Part shown: positions 1 to 9,497 of the stretch, in pieces
How the letters are laid out: the number at the start of each line of letters is the position of its first letter
Numbering within the stretch: position 1 is the first letter of the stretch
Assembly: GCA_963664395.2 (NCBI GenBank)
Contig: OY761159.2
Span: 4,128,001 to 4,192,000, forward strand
Source: Candidatus Binatia bacterium
GTDB lineage: Bacteria > Desulfobacterota > Binatia > Bin18
Direction of reading: 5' to 3'
DNA length: 64,000 nucleotides
Translations under genes and position numbers: made by a program
Notes under the pieces: generated by a model
Seen by the model: the letters and a program-made list of their open reading frames with translations, nothing else
Told to the model about the DNA's origin: nothing
Databases searched by the model: none

Positions 1-188
1 TCCTTTGCGGTCCTTCTTGAGTCGAGTGTGTATCATACCCAGCCACGCTGACCGAGACAAGAACGCTCGACCGAGCAGAGGAGAGTCCCCTCCCAAGAGA
101 GAACAGGGACAAGAGGGGCCCATGTTATAGCCCTATCCGCCGGAATCGGCTAAGAGTGTGGGAGCCACGAAAGGAAGAGGAGAATCGT

Positions 189-1484
189 ATGGGCGCAGAC
201 GATACCAACGAACGCAAATACGGCTTTAATACGCGTCAGTTGCACGCGGGACAAATCCCCGACCCAACGACGGGCAGCCGAGCCGTTCCGATTTACCACA
301 CCACGAGTTATCAGTTTAAGAATACCGAGCACGCGGCCAACCTGTTCGCGCTGAGCGAACCCGGCAATATCTACACGCGCATCATGAACCCGACCAATGA
401 TGTGCTGGAGCAACGGGTCGCCGCCCTAGAGGGCGGGGTGGGGGGGCTGGCGGCCAGCAGCGGCCACGCGGCGCAGATGATGGCCATCATGGCGCTGTGT
501 GGCCAGGGTGACCATATTGTGACCAGCAGCCGGCTGTATGGCGGCACGTTTAATCAGTTCGCGCATACCTTCCCGCGCATGGGCATTAGCTCGACCTTTG
601 TAGACCCGACCAAGCCGGAAGAATTTGAAAAGGCCATCCAGCCCAATACCAAAATTATCTATGGCGAGACCTTGGGCAACCCGGATATTACGGTTTTCCC
701 CTTTGAGGAAGTGTCGGCCATTTCCGAGGCGCATCATATCCCGGTGATGATCGACAACACGTTTGCCACGCCGTATCTGTGTCGGCCGTTTGAGTGGGGC
801 GTACATATTGTCACCCACAGCACGACCAAGTTTCTGAGCGGCCACGGCACGGCCATCGGCGGCATGATCGTGGATGGCGGCAATTTTGACTGGACCAGCG
901 GCCGCTTTCCGAACTTTACCGAGCCGGACCCGTCGTATCACGGCCTGGTATACGCCGACCTCGGGGCGCCGGCCATGATACTCAAATCGCGCGTGCAAAT
1001 CCTGCGCGACGTGGGCGGCTGCCAGGCCCCGTTTGACAGTTTTACGACCCTGCTCGGGGTTGAGACGCTGAGCCTGCGCATGGAACGTCACGTCGCAAAC
1101 GCCCAGCAGGTCGCCGAGTTTCTGGAGAGCCATGCCGGTGTGCATGCCGTGGCTTTCCCCGGACTGGCCAACAGCCCGGACCATGAAAAGGCCAAGAAAT
1201 ACTTACCGCTCGGACCCGGCTCGATCATGGGCTTTCAGATCAAGGGTGGCCGGGCCGCGGGTGAGAAATTCATTAACAGCCTCAAGCTGCACAGCCATGT
1301 GGCCAATGTCGGAGATGCCAAGAGTCTGGCGATTCACCCGGCCAGTACGACTCACAGTCAGCTCAATGAAGACGAGTTGATCAGTGCTGGTGCAACGGTG
1401 GACTTTGTCCGGCTGAGTGTTGGCTTGGAAGATATTGACGACATTATCTGGGACCTGGATCAAGCCTTGTACGCCGCCAAGTAG
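189..1484 (+). CDS. metY: O-acetylhomoserine aminocarboxypropyltransferase (sulfhydrylase)
   Basis: Motifs RAVPIYHTTSY, IYTRIMNPT, HSTTKF (PLP lysine) and HVANVGDAKSLAIHPASTTH. ATG 189 follows a GAGGAG RBS. First gene of the metY-metX-metW cluster. Confidence 0.95.
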   Translation: MGADDTNERKYGFNTRQLHAGQIPDPTTGSRAVPIYHTTSYQFKNTEHAANLFALSEPGNIYTRIMNPTNDVLEQRVAALEGGVGGLAASSGHAAQMMAIMALCGQGDHIVTSSRLYGGTFNQFAHTFPRMGISSTFVDPTKPEEFEKAIQPNTKIIYGETLGNPDITVFPFEEVSAISEAHHIPVMIDNTFATPYLCRPFEWGVHIVTHSTTKFLSGHGTAIGGMIVDGGNFDWTSGRFPNFTEPDPSYHGLVYADLGAPAMILKSRVQILRDVGGCQAPFDSFTTLLGVETLSLRMERHVANAQQVAEFLESHAGVHAVAFPGLANSPDHEKAKKYLPLGPGSIMGFQIKGGRAAGEKFINSLKLHSHVANVGDAKSLAIHPASTTHSQLNEDELISAGATVDFVRLSVGLEDIDDIIWDLDQALYAAK

Positions 1485-1519
1485 GCCAGGGTCGGTTTTG
1501 AGGAGTGACGGGATAGACC

Positions 1520-2734
1520 ATGAGCACGAATGGCTCAGTCGGACTCGTTCAGCCGCAGCGGTTGACTTTCGCTGAGGACGAGCCCTTTCAGTTGGACAGT
1601 GGGGCCACCCTTGGTCCGGTGACCTTGGTGTATGAAACCTACGGCCAACTCAACGCCGACCGGACCAATGCCATCCTGATTACGCACGCCCTGAGCGGCA
1701 GCGCGCATGCGGCCGGCTACCATCAGCCGGACGAGGCCAAAGCCGGCTGGTGGGACGACTGTATTGGACCGGGCAAAGCGTTTGACACCAATAAATTCTT
1801 TATCATTTGCAGTAATGTCCTGGGCGGCTGCTACGGCTCGACCGGACCGTCAGACCCCGACCCGGCGACCGCCAAACCGTACGGCATGCGTTTCCCGGTC
1901 GTGACCATTGGGGACATGGTGCGCGCCCAGGTCCGGCTGATCAATTACCTGGGCATAGACACCCTGCTGTGTGTGGCCGGCGGCTCCATGGGGGGTATGC
2001 AGGCGCTTGAGTGGGCGGTGCATCATCCGCACCGGCTGAAAGCCGCCATTCCTATTGCGACCACGGCCCATCATAGCCCGATGCTGATTGCCCTGAGTGA
2101 GGTGGGGCGGCAGGCGATTTATGCCGACCCGGCCTGGAATAATGGGGACTATTATGACGCGGAACTCAAACCCGATGCCGGTTTGGCGGTCGCCCGCATG
2201 GTGGGTCATATTACCTATCTGAGCGAAGAGTCCATGCAGCAGAAGTTCGGTCGGCGGCTCCAGGACCAGGTGCGGTATGGCTATGAGTTTCGTTCCGAGT
2301 TTCAGGTCGAGAGCTACCTCAAATACAAAGGCCACAACTTTACGCGCCGGTTTGATGCCAACAGCTATCTGTATGTGACCAAGGCGATGGACTATTTTGA
2401 CCTGAGTGCACAGACCGGCTCGGTGGCGGCCGCCTTTGCCAACTCGGCCGACCTGCGTTACCTCGTGCTGAGCTTTACCAGCGATTGGCTCTACCCGAGC
2501 TATCACAGCAAAGAGTTGGTCAGTGCGCTGACCGCGGCCGGCGCAGACGTGACCTATCTGGATGTCAAAAGCTCGTGGGGTCATGATGCGTTTCTGCTTG
2601 AGGTTGAAACCATGACCAAGTTGCTCAGCGGTTTTCTTGAGCGCCTGGTTCAATCGGAACGGGTGGCCTTCCCGTCCATTTTCCCGCCACCCGCCTCACC
2701 CAAGGAGCAGCCAAAGACCGAGGCCGCAGCATGA
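1520..2734 (+). CDS. metX: homoserine O-acetyltransferase
   Basis: HALSG, GGSMGG nucleophile motif, RRFDANSY, WGHDAFL catalytic His. Confidence 0.95.
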   Translation: MSTNGSVGLVQPQRLTFAEDEPFQLDSGATLGPVTLVYETYGQLNADRTNAILITHALSGSAHAAGYHQPDEAKAGWWDDCIGPGKAFDTNKFFIICSNVLGGCYGSTGPSDPDPATAKPYGMRFPVVTIGDMVRAQVRLINYLGIDTLLCVAGGSMGGMQALEWAVHHPHRLKAAIPIATTAHHSPMLIALSEVGRQAIYADPAWNNGDYYDAELKPDAGLAVARMVGHITYLSEESMQQKFGRRLQDQVRYGYEFRSEFQVESYLKYKGHNFTRRFDANSYLYVTKAMDYFDLSAQTGSVAAAFANSADLRYLVLSFTSDWLYPSYHSKELVSALTAAGADVTYLDVKSSWGHDAFLLEVETMTKLLSGFLERLVQSERVAFPSIFPPPASPKEQPKTEAAA

Positions 2735-3378
2735 GTGGGGCGGCTGAACAGTTTGCGCCTCCGGTACTATCGAGCGGCAGTCCGGTCCTGCTTCGGTCGG
2801 ATTTGCTCGCCATTGCCGACATGGTTCCGGCCGGGTCGCGGGTTTTGGACCTGGGCTGTGGTGACGGCGCCCTGCTCGAATATCTGGTGCGCAGCAAGCA
2901 GGTGATGGGCCGGGGCGTGGAACGCAGCGAAGACGGGATGCTGGCCTGTGTCCGGCGTGGGCTGAGTGTTCGCCAGGGCAATCTGGAAGAGGGCTTGGCC
3001 GATTACCCGGATGCGAGTTTTGACTCGGTGATTTTGAGTCAGACATTGCCCTTTTTGAACGATCCGGCCATGATCCTGAGCGAGATGCTCCGGGTTGGCA
3101 GCCATGCAATTGTCAGCTTTCCGAACTGGGGCTTTTGGCGCTGTCGGCTCGAAATGCTCTTTGCCGGTCGCATTCCACAGGTGTTTGATCTGGCCGAACG
3201 CTGGCACGAAGCGCCGCGCTGGCAGGCGTTTACGGTGGCTGACTTTGGCGATTTTTGTCACCATTTGGGCTTCGGCATACTGGAAGAGATCTATTTATCC
3301 CGGAGTCGGCGTTTGAAGAGTCTGCGCTATAAAAACCTACGCGCCACCACCGCCGTCTTCGCGTTGCAGCGCTTGTAA
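2731..3378 (+). CDS. metW: methionine biosynthesis protein MetW (SAM-dependent methyltransferase fold)
   Basis: VLDLGCGDG, ILSQTL, IVSFPN. Overlaps the metX stop (ATGA). Confidence 0.92.
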   Translation: MSGAAEQFAPPVLSSGSPVLLRSDLLAIADMVPAGSRVLDLGCGDGALLEYLVRSKQVMGRGVERSEDGMLACVRRGLSVRQGNLEEGLADYPDASFDSVILSQTLPFLNDPAMILSEMLRVGSHAIVSFPNWGFWRCRLEMLFAGRIPQVFDLAERWHEAPRWQAFTVADFGDFCHHLGFGILEEIYLSRSRRLKSLRYKNLRATTAVFALQRL

Positions 3379-3405
3379 GGCGCGGTGTGACGTTCTCCAG
3401 CGAAC

Positions 3406-4215
3406 ATGGCCGACACTCGCTCATCTCCCCCTGTTCTCCAACACAAAGCCTACGACCGGCCATCGCAGTTTGTCCCGGAAAATCTGTTGCGCGAAGCGCG
3501 GCGTCAAATGGGCTTGCCAGAAGGCCAGGTGCCGAGCATCTGCGTGCTTGACCCGGACGGGGATATTGTCGCCAGCCTGCTGGACCGGGGTGAAGCGCAC
3601 GAACACGACACCTGGGCCTGTTACCATACGACCTTACACCGGTTCACGCTCAACGGGATCGAGATCGGCATTATCCGTCATGTAGTGGGTGCGCCGTTTG
3701 CCGTTTTGGTCGCTGAGGAATTATTTGCCTCCGGCTGTCAGTTGCTCATTCACGTCACCTCCTCCGGGCAGATTGTCCAAAAAGAAACCCCGCCGTTTTT
3801 TATCCTGGTCGAAAAAGCCCTGCGCGACGAAGGCACGAGCTATCACTACCTGCCGCCGTCTGATTTCTCGTTCTTGAAGCCGGACCTGTTGGAACTGTTT
3901 ACCCGCGCCCTCTCAGATGGAGATCCACCGGTCTATCGTGGAGCCACCTGGACAACCGACGCCCCGTTTCGAGAAACGCGAGAGGCGATTCAGCACGCCG
4001 AACAGCGCGGGATTCTTGCTGTTGAAATGGAAGCTGCCGCCCTGTACGCCTTCGCCCAGGCACGAGGCAAGGCGGTCGTGTGCTTTGCTCATGTCACCAA
4101 TCAGATGGGCCGGGTCGAGGGCGATTTTGAAAAAGGCGAAGGAGCCGGCAGTCGCGACGCCCTGCGGCTAATTGTGGCAGCGGCTCAGGCGTGGCTGGCG
4201 GCTCAGAAGGTGTAA
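3406..4215 (+). CDS. nucleoside phosphorylase (PNP/UDP family)
   Basis: ALRDEGTSYHY, TWTTDAPFRET and AVEMEAAAL motifs. Confidence 0.88.
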   Translation: MADTRSSPPVLQHKAYDRPSQFVPENLLREARRQMGLPEGQVPSICVLDPDGDIVASLLDRGEAHEHDTWACYHTTLHRFTLNGIEIGIIRHVVGAPFAVLVAEELFASGCQLLIHVTSSGQIVQKETPPFFILVEKALRDEGTSYHYLPPSDFSFLKPDLLELFTRALSDGDPPVYRGATWTTDAPFRETREAIQHAEQRGILAVEMEAAALYAFAQARGKAVVCFAHVTNQMGRVEGDFEKGEGAGSRDALRLIVAAAQAWLAAQKV

Positions 4216-4308
4216 TGATCCCAGTTCCCTATGTACCCCTTTCGTACTGATTGCGAGCCTTTCGCGTCTAGGCTAAAGTAGTCTGAATTCAGACTACTGG
4301 AGGTCTGT

Positions 4309-4587
4309 ATGCGTATCCTGCCGTTAGCTGAAGTCAAAACAAAGCTGAGCCAGTTGGTGGCTGACGTGGCGGCGACTGACGAAGAGGTCACGATTACCAA
4401 AAATGGCCATGCCACTGCCGTCCTTGTGAGCTATGGAGAGTTTGAGAGCTGGCAAGAGACCCTTGCCGTCCTGTCGGACCAAGCGCTAGTCAAAGAGATC
4501 CACACGGGAATACAACAGCTTCAACAGGAACGTGGCAAGCTGCTGACAGATACAGATCTCGATCATCTCTTTTCTGATGAAGCCTAG
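4309..4587 (+). CDS. Phd/YefM family antitoxin
   Basis: LAEVKTKLSQLV...VTITKNGHATAVLVS...ESWQETL is the typical Phd/YefM pattern. GGAGG RBS. Confidence 0.9.
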   Translation: MRILPLAEVKTKLSQLVADVAATDEEVTITKNGHATAVLVSYGEFESWQETLAVLSDQALVKEIHTGIQQLQQERGKLLTDTDLDHLFSDEA

Positions 4588-4695
4588 CGTGCGCCGGGTC
4601 CGACTCCCACGCGAAGTTCAAGCGGCTGTCCGCACCATGCATCCGGCACTCAAGCAACGTATTCGGGCAGCTTTAGATACACTTCGGGAGGAGAT
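4577..4695 (+). pseudogene. truncated RelE/ParE family toxin (N-terminal ~39 aa only)
   Basis: Overlaps the antitoxin stop. The RelE-like start (..MHPALKQRIRAALDTLREE) runs directly into the antisense 3' end of the methyltransferase gene at 4696, with no RelE C-terminal half. Confidence 0.65.
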
Positions 4696-6303
4696 TCACT
4701 TCTTGAACAGTCCCCCCTGTTGCCCGGTCTCTCGTTTATGCTTGGGCGCTTTTTTGAACGTGACATTGCCGTGCTGGGTTGGCCGATTGACGCCTTTTCC
4801 GAGCAGCAAGTCCGTTACCGTAAAGAGTTGAATATGCGGGTGGCGCGTTCCCCACGGAGACTCATAAAAGCCCGCGCCCATCGCTTCCGTCCGCATGGGC
4901 TTTGTTGGTTCCTGAAGTGACAGCAGGACTCCGATTTCCGCATTCTCCCTCTCGATGACTCCGCGCAAATCTCGCACATGAGGAACGGAAGTCCGCCCAG
5001 CCTTGACCGAAAAGATGATTTGCTTGGTTTTCGCGCCGGCAGCGTCATCATGGAAATAGAGCCGTCCGTCTATGCCTTGATCCGCTCCTTTCTTCTGCTC
5101 AACAGGGCGGGCGCCAACTAACCCCAAGGCCCACCACTGGAATTGAAAGGGATCATCTTTCCCCAATACTTCCGCGTCCGGGAGGGACACCGGTTCACCG
5201 ACCACTTCATAGCTTTGGGTGATTTCATCGCCAAACGTGTCTCGCAAGCGATGCTTGATAAGACCAATAGCGAGATGGGTGATATCAATACCGATCCAGG
5301 ACCGTTGTAATTTCTGGGCGGCGGCAATGGCCGTCCCACAGCCACAAAAGGGGTCTAAAACAATGTCGCCTTCATTGCTGCTGGCTTTGATAATCCGTTC
5401 CAGCAGCGCTTCGGGCTTCTGGGTCGGGTAGCCTAAGCGTTCTTTAGCTTGGGAATTTATAGGGTCAATATCATCCCAAAGAGCCTGAACTGGCCGACCT
5501 TTCATTTCGTCCCAATATCTTTTGCGTCTAATACCTCCGCTCTTGGTGAAATGCAGTCGCCCCTCGGCGTCCAATCGCTGCATCGTTGTAAGGGGAACGC
5601 GCCACAGGGACCGAGCCCCTTTGTATTCGTACTCATATCCGCCGCCGGACAAGCCTTTTGCTGTGAGATTATCATCAGTCCAGGCTCGCCCATCAGAGTC
5701 GGTGAGCCGGAAACGAGCCTTGTATGCGTCGCTGTAGGATTGGTACTGAGGGGTCCAGGTCCAGTGATCACTTTTAGTGTAGAACAGGATGATGTCGGTG
5801 TTCGCGCCATAGCGGTTTGAGTCGCTGTGGGCGGTGGTCCGTCGCCACGTTATCTCATTGCGGAAATTCGTCAGTCCAAAAATCGCATCCAATAGTAGCT
5901 TGAGATAATGCGAAGCGGTTGGGTCACAGTGGAGGTACAGGCTGCCGGTAGGCTTCAGCGCTCGCCGGAGTTCCACCAAGCGCGGTGCCATCATGGCGAG
6001 ATAGGCCAGCATATCGTTATCGCCAAGAAAGCCGCGAAACGATTGCAGCACCTGCGATACCTGCCCACCGGTCTCAACCACTTCTTGATAGGCTTGTGCC
6101 GATGCTTCGTCCCATTGCCACATGTCGCCGAATGCCTTGATCTGAGCGGCTGCCCGTGATCCGTCCTGTTCGGCAAACAGGACGTTGTAGTCCTGGTCAC
6201 TCTTGAAGGGCGGATCGAGGTACACCAAGTCTATTGACTCGTCTTGGATATAGCGCCGTAAGACATCCAGGTTGTCGCCATAGTAGAGTTTGTTTTTGAC
6301 CAT
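4696..6303 (-). CDS. DNA amino-methyltransferase (DPPF...FxGxG) with C-terminal Mrr-like/PD-(D/E)xK-like domain
   Basis: LYYGDNL, YLDPPF, YPTQKPEALLERII, LDPFCGCGT. C-terminal ADQGIDG...IIFSVK...VRDLRG. ATG 6303 follows an AAGGAG RBS. Confidence 0.88.
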   Translation of the reverse strand: MVKNKLYYGDNLDVLRRYIQDESIDLVYLDPPFKSDQDYNVLFAEQDGSRAAAQIKAFGDMWQWDEASAQAYQEVVETGGQVSQVLQSFRGFLGDNDMLAYLAMMAPRLVELRRALKPTGSLYLHCDPTASHYLKLLLDAIFGLTNFRNEITWRRTTAHSDSNRYGANTDIILFYTKSDHWTWTPQYQSYSDAYKARFRLTDSDGRAWTDDNLTAKGLSGGGYEYEYKGARSLWRVPLTTMQRLDAEGRLHFTKSGGIRRKRYWDEMKGRPVQALWDDIDPINSQAKERLGYPTQKPEALLERIIKASSNEGDIVLDPFCGCGTAIAAAQKLQRSWIGIDITHLAIGLIKHRLRDTFGDEITQSYEVVGEPVSLPDAEVLGKDDPFQFQWWALGLVGARPVEQKKGADQGIDGRLYFHDDAAGAKTKQIIFSVKAGRTSVPHVRDLRGVIERENAEIGVLLSLQEPTKPMRTEAMGAGFYESPWGTRHPHIQLFTVTDLLLGKGVNRPTQHGNVTFKKAPKHKRETGQQGGLFKK

Positions 6304-6483
6304 CCCGCTCTCCTTAAAGAGTAAGGTATCTGATTGGGGTTTGTGTGTCTCGCTGGTGTCGCAAATCACTCCGATTTGATACATAGGGCAAGCAGAGTAT
6401 CAAAGTGTCATATGGCAGTATTCAGAGGGATTTATCGGGCACGTAGGGGTGGTCAAAAACGTGTAAAAGCCTGGGCCAATACT

Positions 6484-6795
6484 ATGAAAGAACACTTTGG
6501 CTATCGGTGTGAGTATTGCGAAGGAACGGTTCAAGAGAAGCGCGTTGAGCGGGAAGCTTTCAAACACAGAGCCGGTTTTGTCATCCTGGAGGACGTTCTG
6601 ATTGGAGTCTGTGATACGTGCGCCAATCGCTATTATAGCGCCGAAATCCTCAAACATGTTCAGGCTGTCGCAACCGGTAAAATACTCCCGCAGCGTACTG
6701 AGCACGTTCCAGTTTCCCAAGCTCAAAGAGGGCTGTGTATGAAGCCCTCTTTATCAACTCCCTCGAAGGCCGTCAGGATTCCTCCGCAAAAATGA
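6484..6795 (+). CDS. YgiT-type zinc finger protein (MqsA-like N-terminal domain)
   Basis: CEYC...VILEDVLIGVCDTC..RYY pattern. Confidence 0.75.
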   Translation: MKEHFGYRCEYCEGTVQEKRVEREAFKHRAGFVILEDVLIGVCDTCANRYYSAEILKHVQAVATGKILPQRTEHVPVSQAQRGLCMKPSLSTPSKAVRIPPQK

Positions 6796-7238
6796 GTCCT
6801 CCCTCTCCCCGCCTTCCGTCCTTTCGTCCAGACGGCTATTTGCCGGAAGGATTGTTCGTCTGTTCCGAGGCCGAAATACTCTTTCGGTTTGGAGCATCGA
6901 ACCATCGCCGGCGACGATTGGCCCTGCGGCTACGGAGGTGGGTTGAATTAGGACAACAGGTCAAAGCTCCGCGTTTGCTCGTGGATGGTAGCTTCGTTAC
7001 TGCAAAAGAGGAACCTCATGATATTGATACGGTTATCTTCCTCCCTATGGATTTTTACCAGCAGATTGAGCGAGAATATGAGCCAGCCTTGGAGCTAGAA
7101 GAGATGTTGCTAACTCGTCGCCCGGAAGAAATCTTTGCCGCAGAGGATGAAGCGGACTGGAATGAATGGGTAGCGTTCTTTAGCCGGACGCGAGAGCGAG
7201 ATGGCCGCCGCAAAGGTTTTGTGGAGATACGTCTATGA
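6792..7238 (+). CDS. DUF6932-like predicted nucleotidyltransferase-fold protein
   Basis: LPSF..DGYLPEG and VDGSFVTAKEEPHDID (GS...DxD) motifs. Confidence 0.7.
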   Translation: MSPPSPRLPSFRPDGYLPEGLFVCSEAEILFRFGASNHRRRRLALRLRRWVELGQQVKAPRLLVDGSFVTAKEEPHDIDTVIFLPMDFYQQIEREYEPALELEEMLLTRRPEEIFAAEDEADWNEWVAFFSRTRERDGRRKGFVEIRL

Positions 7239-7438
7239 TCGCGAATATCGAGCAATACGAAAAGGCCCAAGCGGAACTGCGTGACTTGGAGGAGCGGCTT
7301 CAGCGTTTACAGCACAACCATCCTCTTGGGGCCAAAGGGTTTACGAAAGCTGGGATTCGGAAAATGATTGCCCGTCTGCATGAAGAGCTTGCCCTGTATG
7401 AGGGCGGCCAGGAAATTGGCCACATTAAACACCCTTAG
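7235..7438 (+). CDS. small helical protein, probable partner of the upstream DUF6932-like gene
   Basis: ATGA overlap with the upstream stop. 67 aa, coiled-coil-like (MIANIEQYEKAQAELRDLEERL). Confidence 0.65.
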   Translation: MIANIEQYEKAQAELRDLEERLQRLQHNHPLGAKGFTKAGIRKMIARLHEELALYEGGQEIGHIKHP

Positions 7439-7482
7439 TCTGTAAAGCCTCTCCTATCCGCGCCGAATACACGCACCCAAAT

Positions 7483-8166
7483 ATGATGCGCAAAGCGTCC
7501 AACGACTATCTGCCGGCCCTCCGTTTCTCCGTGCTGGCACTATTCTACGATCCCCTTGTTGCCCTGACCACGCGGGAGCGGACGTTCAAGCACGAACTGA
7601 TGCGACAGGCGGACGCCGGACCGGGCCACGCCGTGCTCGATGTCGGCTGCGGTACGGGGATACTGGCCATATGGATGAAGCAGGCTCGCCCGGAGATTTC
7701 CATGACAGGCATTGACGCCGACCCGGTCATGCTGGTGCGAGCAAAGGGGAAGGCGGAGAGGGCAGGAGTGGACATTGCTTTTGAGCAGGGGTTTTCCTCC
7801 CACTTACCCTATGCCGACCGGGCGTTTGACCGGATCGTTTCGAGCCTGTTTTTTCACCATCTCACCCGCTCGGATACGGAAAAAACCATTGCCGAAATGT
7901 TCCGAGTGTTGAAACCGGGCGGACTGCTGTGTGTCGCGGACTGGGGAAAACCCGCCAATGTCCTGATGCGCTGGCTGTTCTGGCCGGTTCAGCTCTTTGA
8001 CGGTTTTTCACGTACCCAGGACAATGTTGCCGGCCTCCTGCCGCACCTCTTTCGGCAGGGCGGGTTTGCCGAGGTGGCCGTTCAGGGCTCCTTGGCGACG
8101 GTGCATGGCAGCCTCGCATTCTATCGCGCGGCCAAGCCAAGAGCGGACGGAGACGGGCAGGGATAG
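7483..8166 (+). CDS. class I SAM-dependent methyltransferase (UbiE-like)
   Basis: VLDVGCGTG, LPYADRAFD, RVLKPGG. Confidence 0.88.
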   Translation: MMRKASNDYLPALRFSVLALFYDPLVALTTRERTFKHELMRQADAGPGHAVLDVGCGTGILAIWMKQARPEISMTGIDADPVMLVRAKGKAERAGVDIAFEQGFSSHLPYADRAFDRIVSSLFFHHLTRSDTEKTIAEMFRVLKPGGLLCVADWGKPANVLMRWLFWPVQLFDGFSRTQDNVAGLLPHLFRQGGFAEVAVQGSLATVHGSLAFYRAAKPRADGDGQG

Positions 8167-8308
8167 GAACCCGTCCGCTCAATGAGGGCTTTCAGCGCGG
8201 TCATGGCTTCGGTGTGTTGAGTTTGGAGTGCGGTCATGGTTTCTTCGTTCTGGGCCTTCTGATCTTCGGACGCTACCCCTAAAGATATCCCAGAGAGGAG
8301 TATTCGTT

Positions 8309-9439
8309 ATGGAAATGTGGATTCGCTTCTGGCCCTTTCTCGCGGTCTTTTCCATAATGGTCACGTGGGAATTCATCTCCCCGCGCCGCATTCTTGCTCA
8401 AAGAAGACAAGAACGCTGGCCTACGAACTTGGGGCTGACGCTGCTCAATGTGGTTTTGGTATGGGCTCTAGTCGGTGCCGTGGCATATATGGCGGCCACT
8501 TTTGCGGCAGAACAACAGATTGGACTGCTGCATTGGGTGTCAGCGCCTTTCTGGTTCGCCGTCCCTGTCACCATCCTCGTTCTCGACTTCGCCCTCTACC
8601 TCCAGCATCGTCTCTTCCATACCTTCCCCTTGCTGTGGCGTTTGCATCAGGTCCACCATGCTGACCTTGGTTTCGATGCCACGACTGGCCTCCGTTTTCA
8701 TCCTATCGAGATATTTCTCTCTCTCGCCTACAAAGCAGTTGTCATTATTGCGCTGGGAGCACCTGTTTGGGCCGCCATCGCCTTTGAAATCATCCTGAAC
8801 GCCACTTCTGTTTTTAATCACGGTAATGTCAGTCTTCCTGAAAGGCTGGACCGGCGTCTGCGTTGGTTCCTTGTGACGCCAGATATGCATCGGATTCATC
8901 ACTCCACACGAGCGGTGGAAACCAATTCAAACTTCGGCTTTTCTGTTCCATGGTGGGATCGGCTGTGCGGAACCTACCGGGCAGAGCCGGCGTTGGGACA
9001 ACTGGGACTTGAGATTGGACTGTCATATTATCGAGCTTCGTTTCACCTCGGGCAGTTATTACTCCTCCCATTTCAGACTCGCATTCCCCTGGAGAAAGCG
9101 TGGAAAGAAATCTCCCCCCTGCAGTTGTGCGAAATGCTGGGAGAAGAAAATCCACCCTATGTGCTCGACGTGCGAGACCTGGGCGAATTTACAGGCGAGC
9201 TTGGGCATATCGACGGGGCCCACTTGCTGCCGGTCTCCGATCTGGACAAACAACTGAACGAGCTGGCTGCCTGTCGCTCCCAAACGGTCGTCCTGGTGTG
9301 AAAGACGGAACGTCGCTCAGGCAGAGCGGCGGACTTGTTGGGGCAAAACGGCTTCTCTTCTCTCCTGGTCCTGTCCGGCGGCATGCTCGGATGGACAGGA
9401 GCAGGGCTGCCCGTATCGCATAAAGCTGACGCTACCTGA
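8309..9439 (+). CDS. sterol desaturase/fatty acid hydroxylase fused to a rhodanese domain, with probable selenocysteine at UGA 9299-9301
   Basis: His boxes HRLFH, HQVHH, HRIHH. The rhodanese domain (VLDVR..EF...GHIDGA) continues past the TGA in frame as VVLV-U-KTERRSGRAA..L...GF....LSGGMLGW to TGA 9437-9439. Confidence 0.85.
9311..9331 (+). promoter_or_regulatory. candidate bacterial SECIS hairpin
   Basis: CGTCGCTC-AGGCA-GAGCGGCG forms an 8-bp stem (one G-U). The loop begins 17 nt after the in-frame UGA and has G at position 2. Confidence 0.7.
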
Positions 9440-9497
9440 CACTCCCTGCCAGGGCGTGCTACATACAGCCGGAGGAGAAAATGAAAGGAGAGAAGAT

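Noticed and set aside
1-188. SAM riboswitch upstream of metY
   Set aside because: Expected from context, but I could not find the SAM-I core (TTATC.AGAG...GGCAACC...GTGC) or other SAM-family consensus. An Rfam scan would be needed.
426-1184. Long antisense ORFs over metY (and similar ones over metX, the surface protein, tyrS and the thiolase)
   Set aside because: They fully overlap well-supported genes and are typical shadow ORFs of GC-rich coding sequence.
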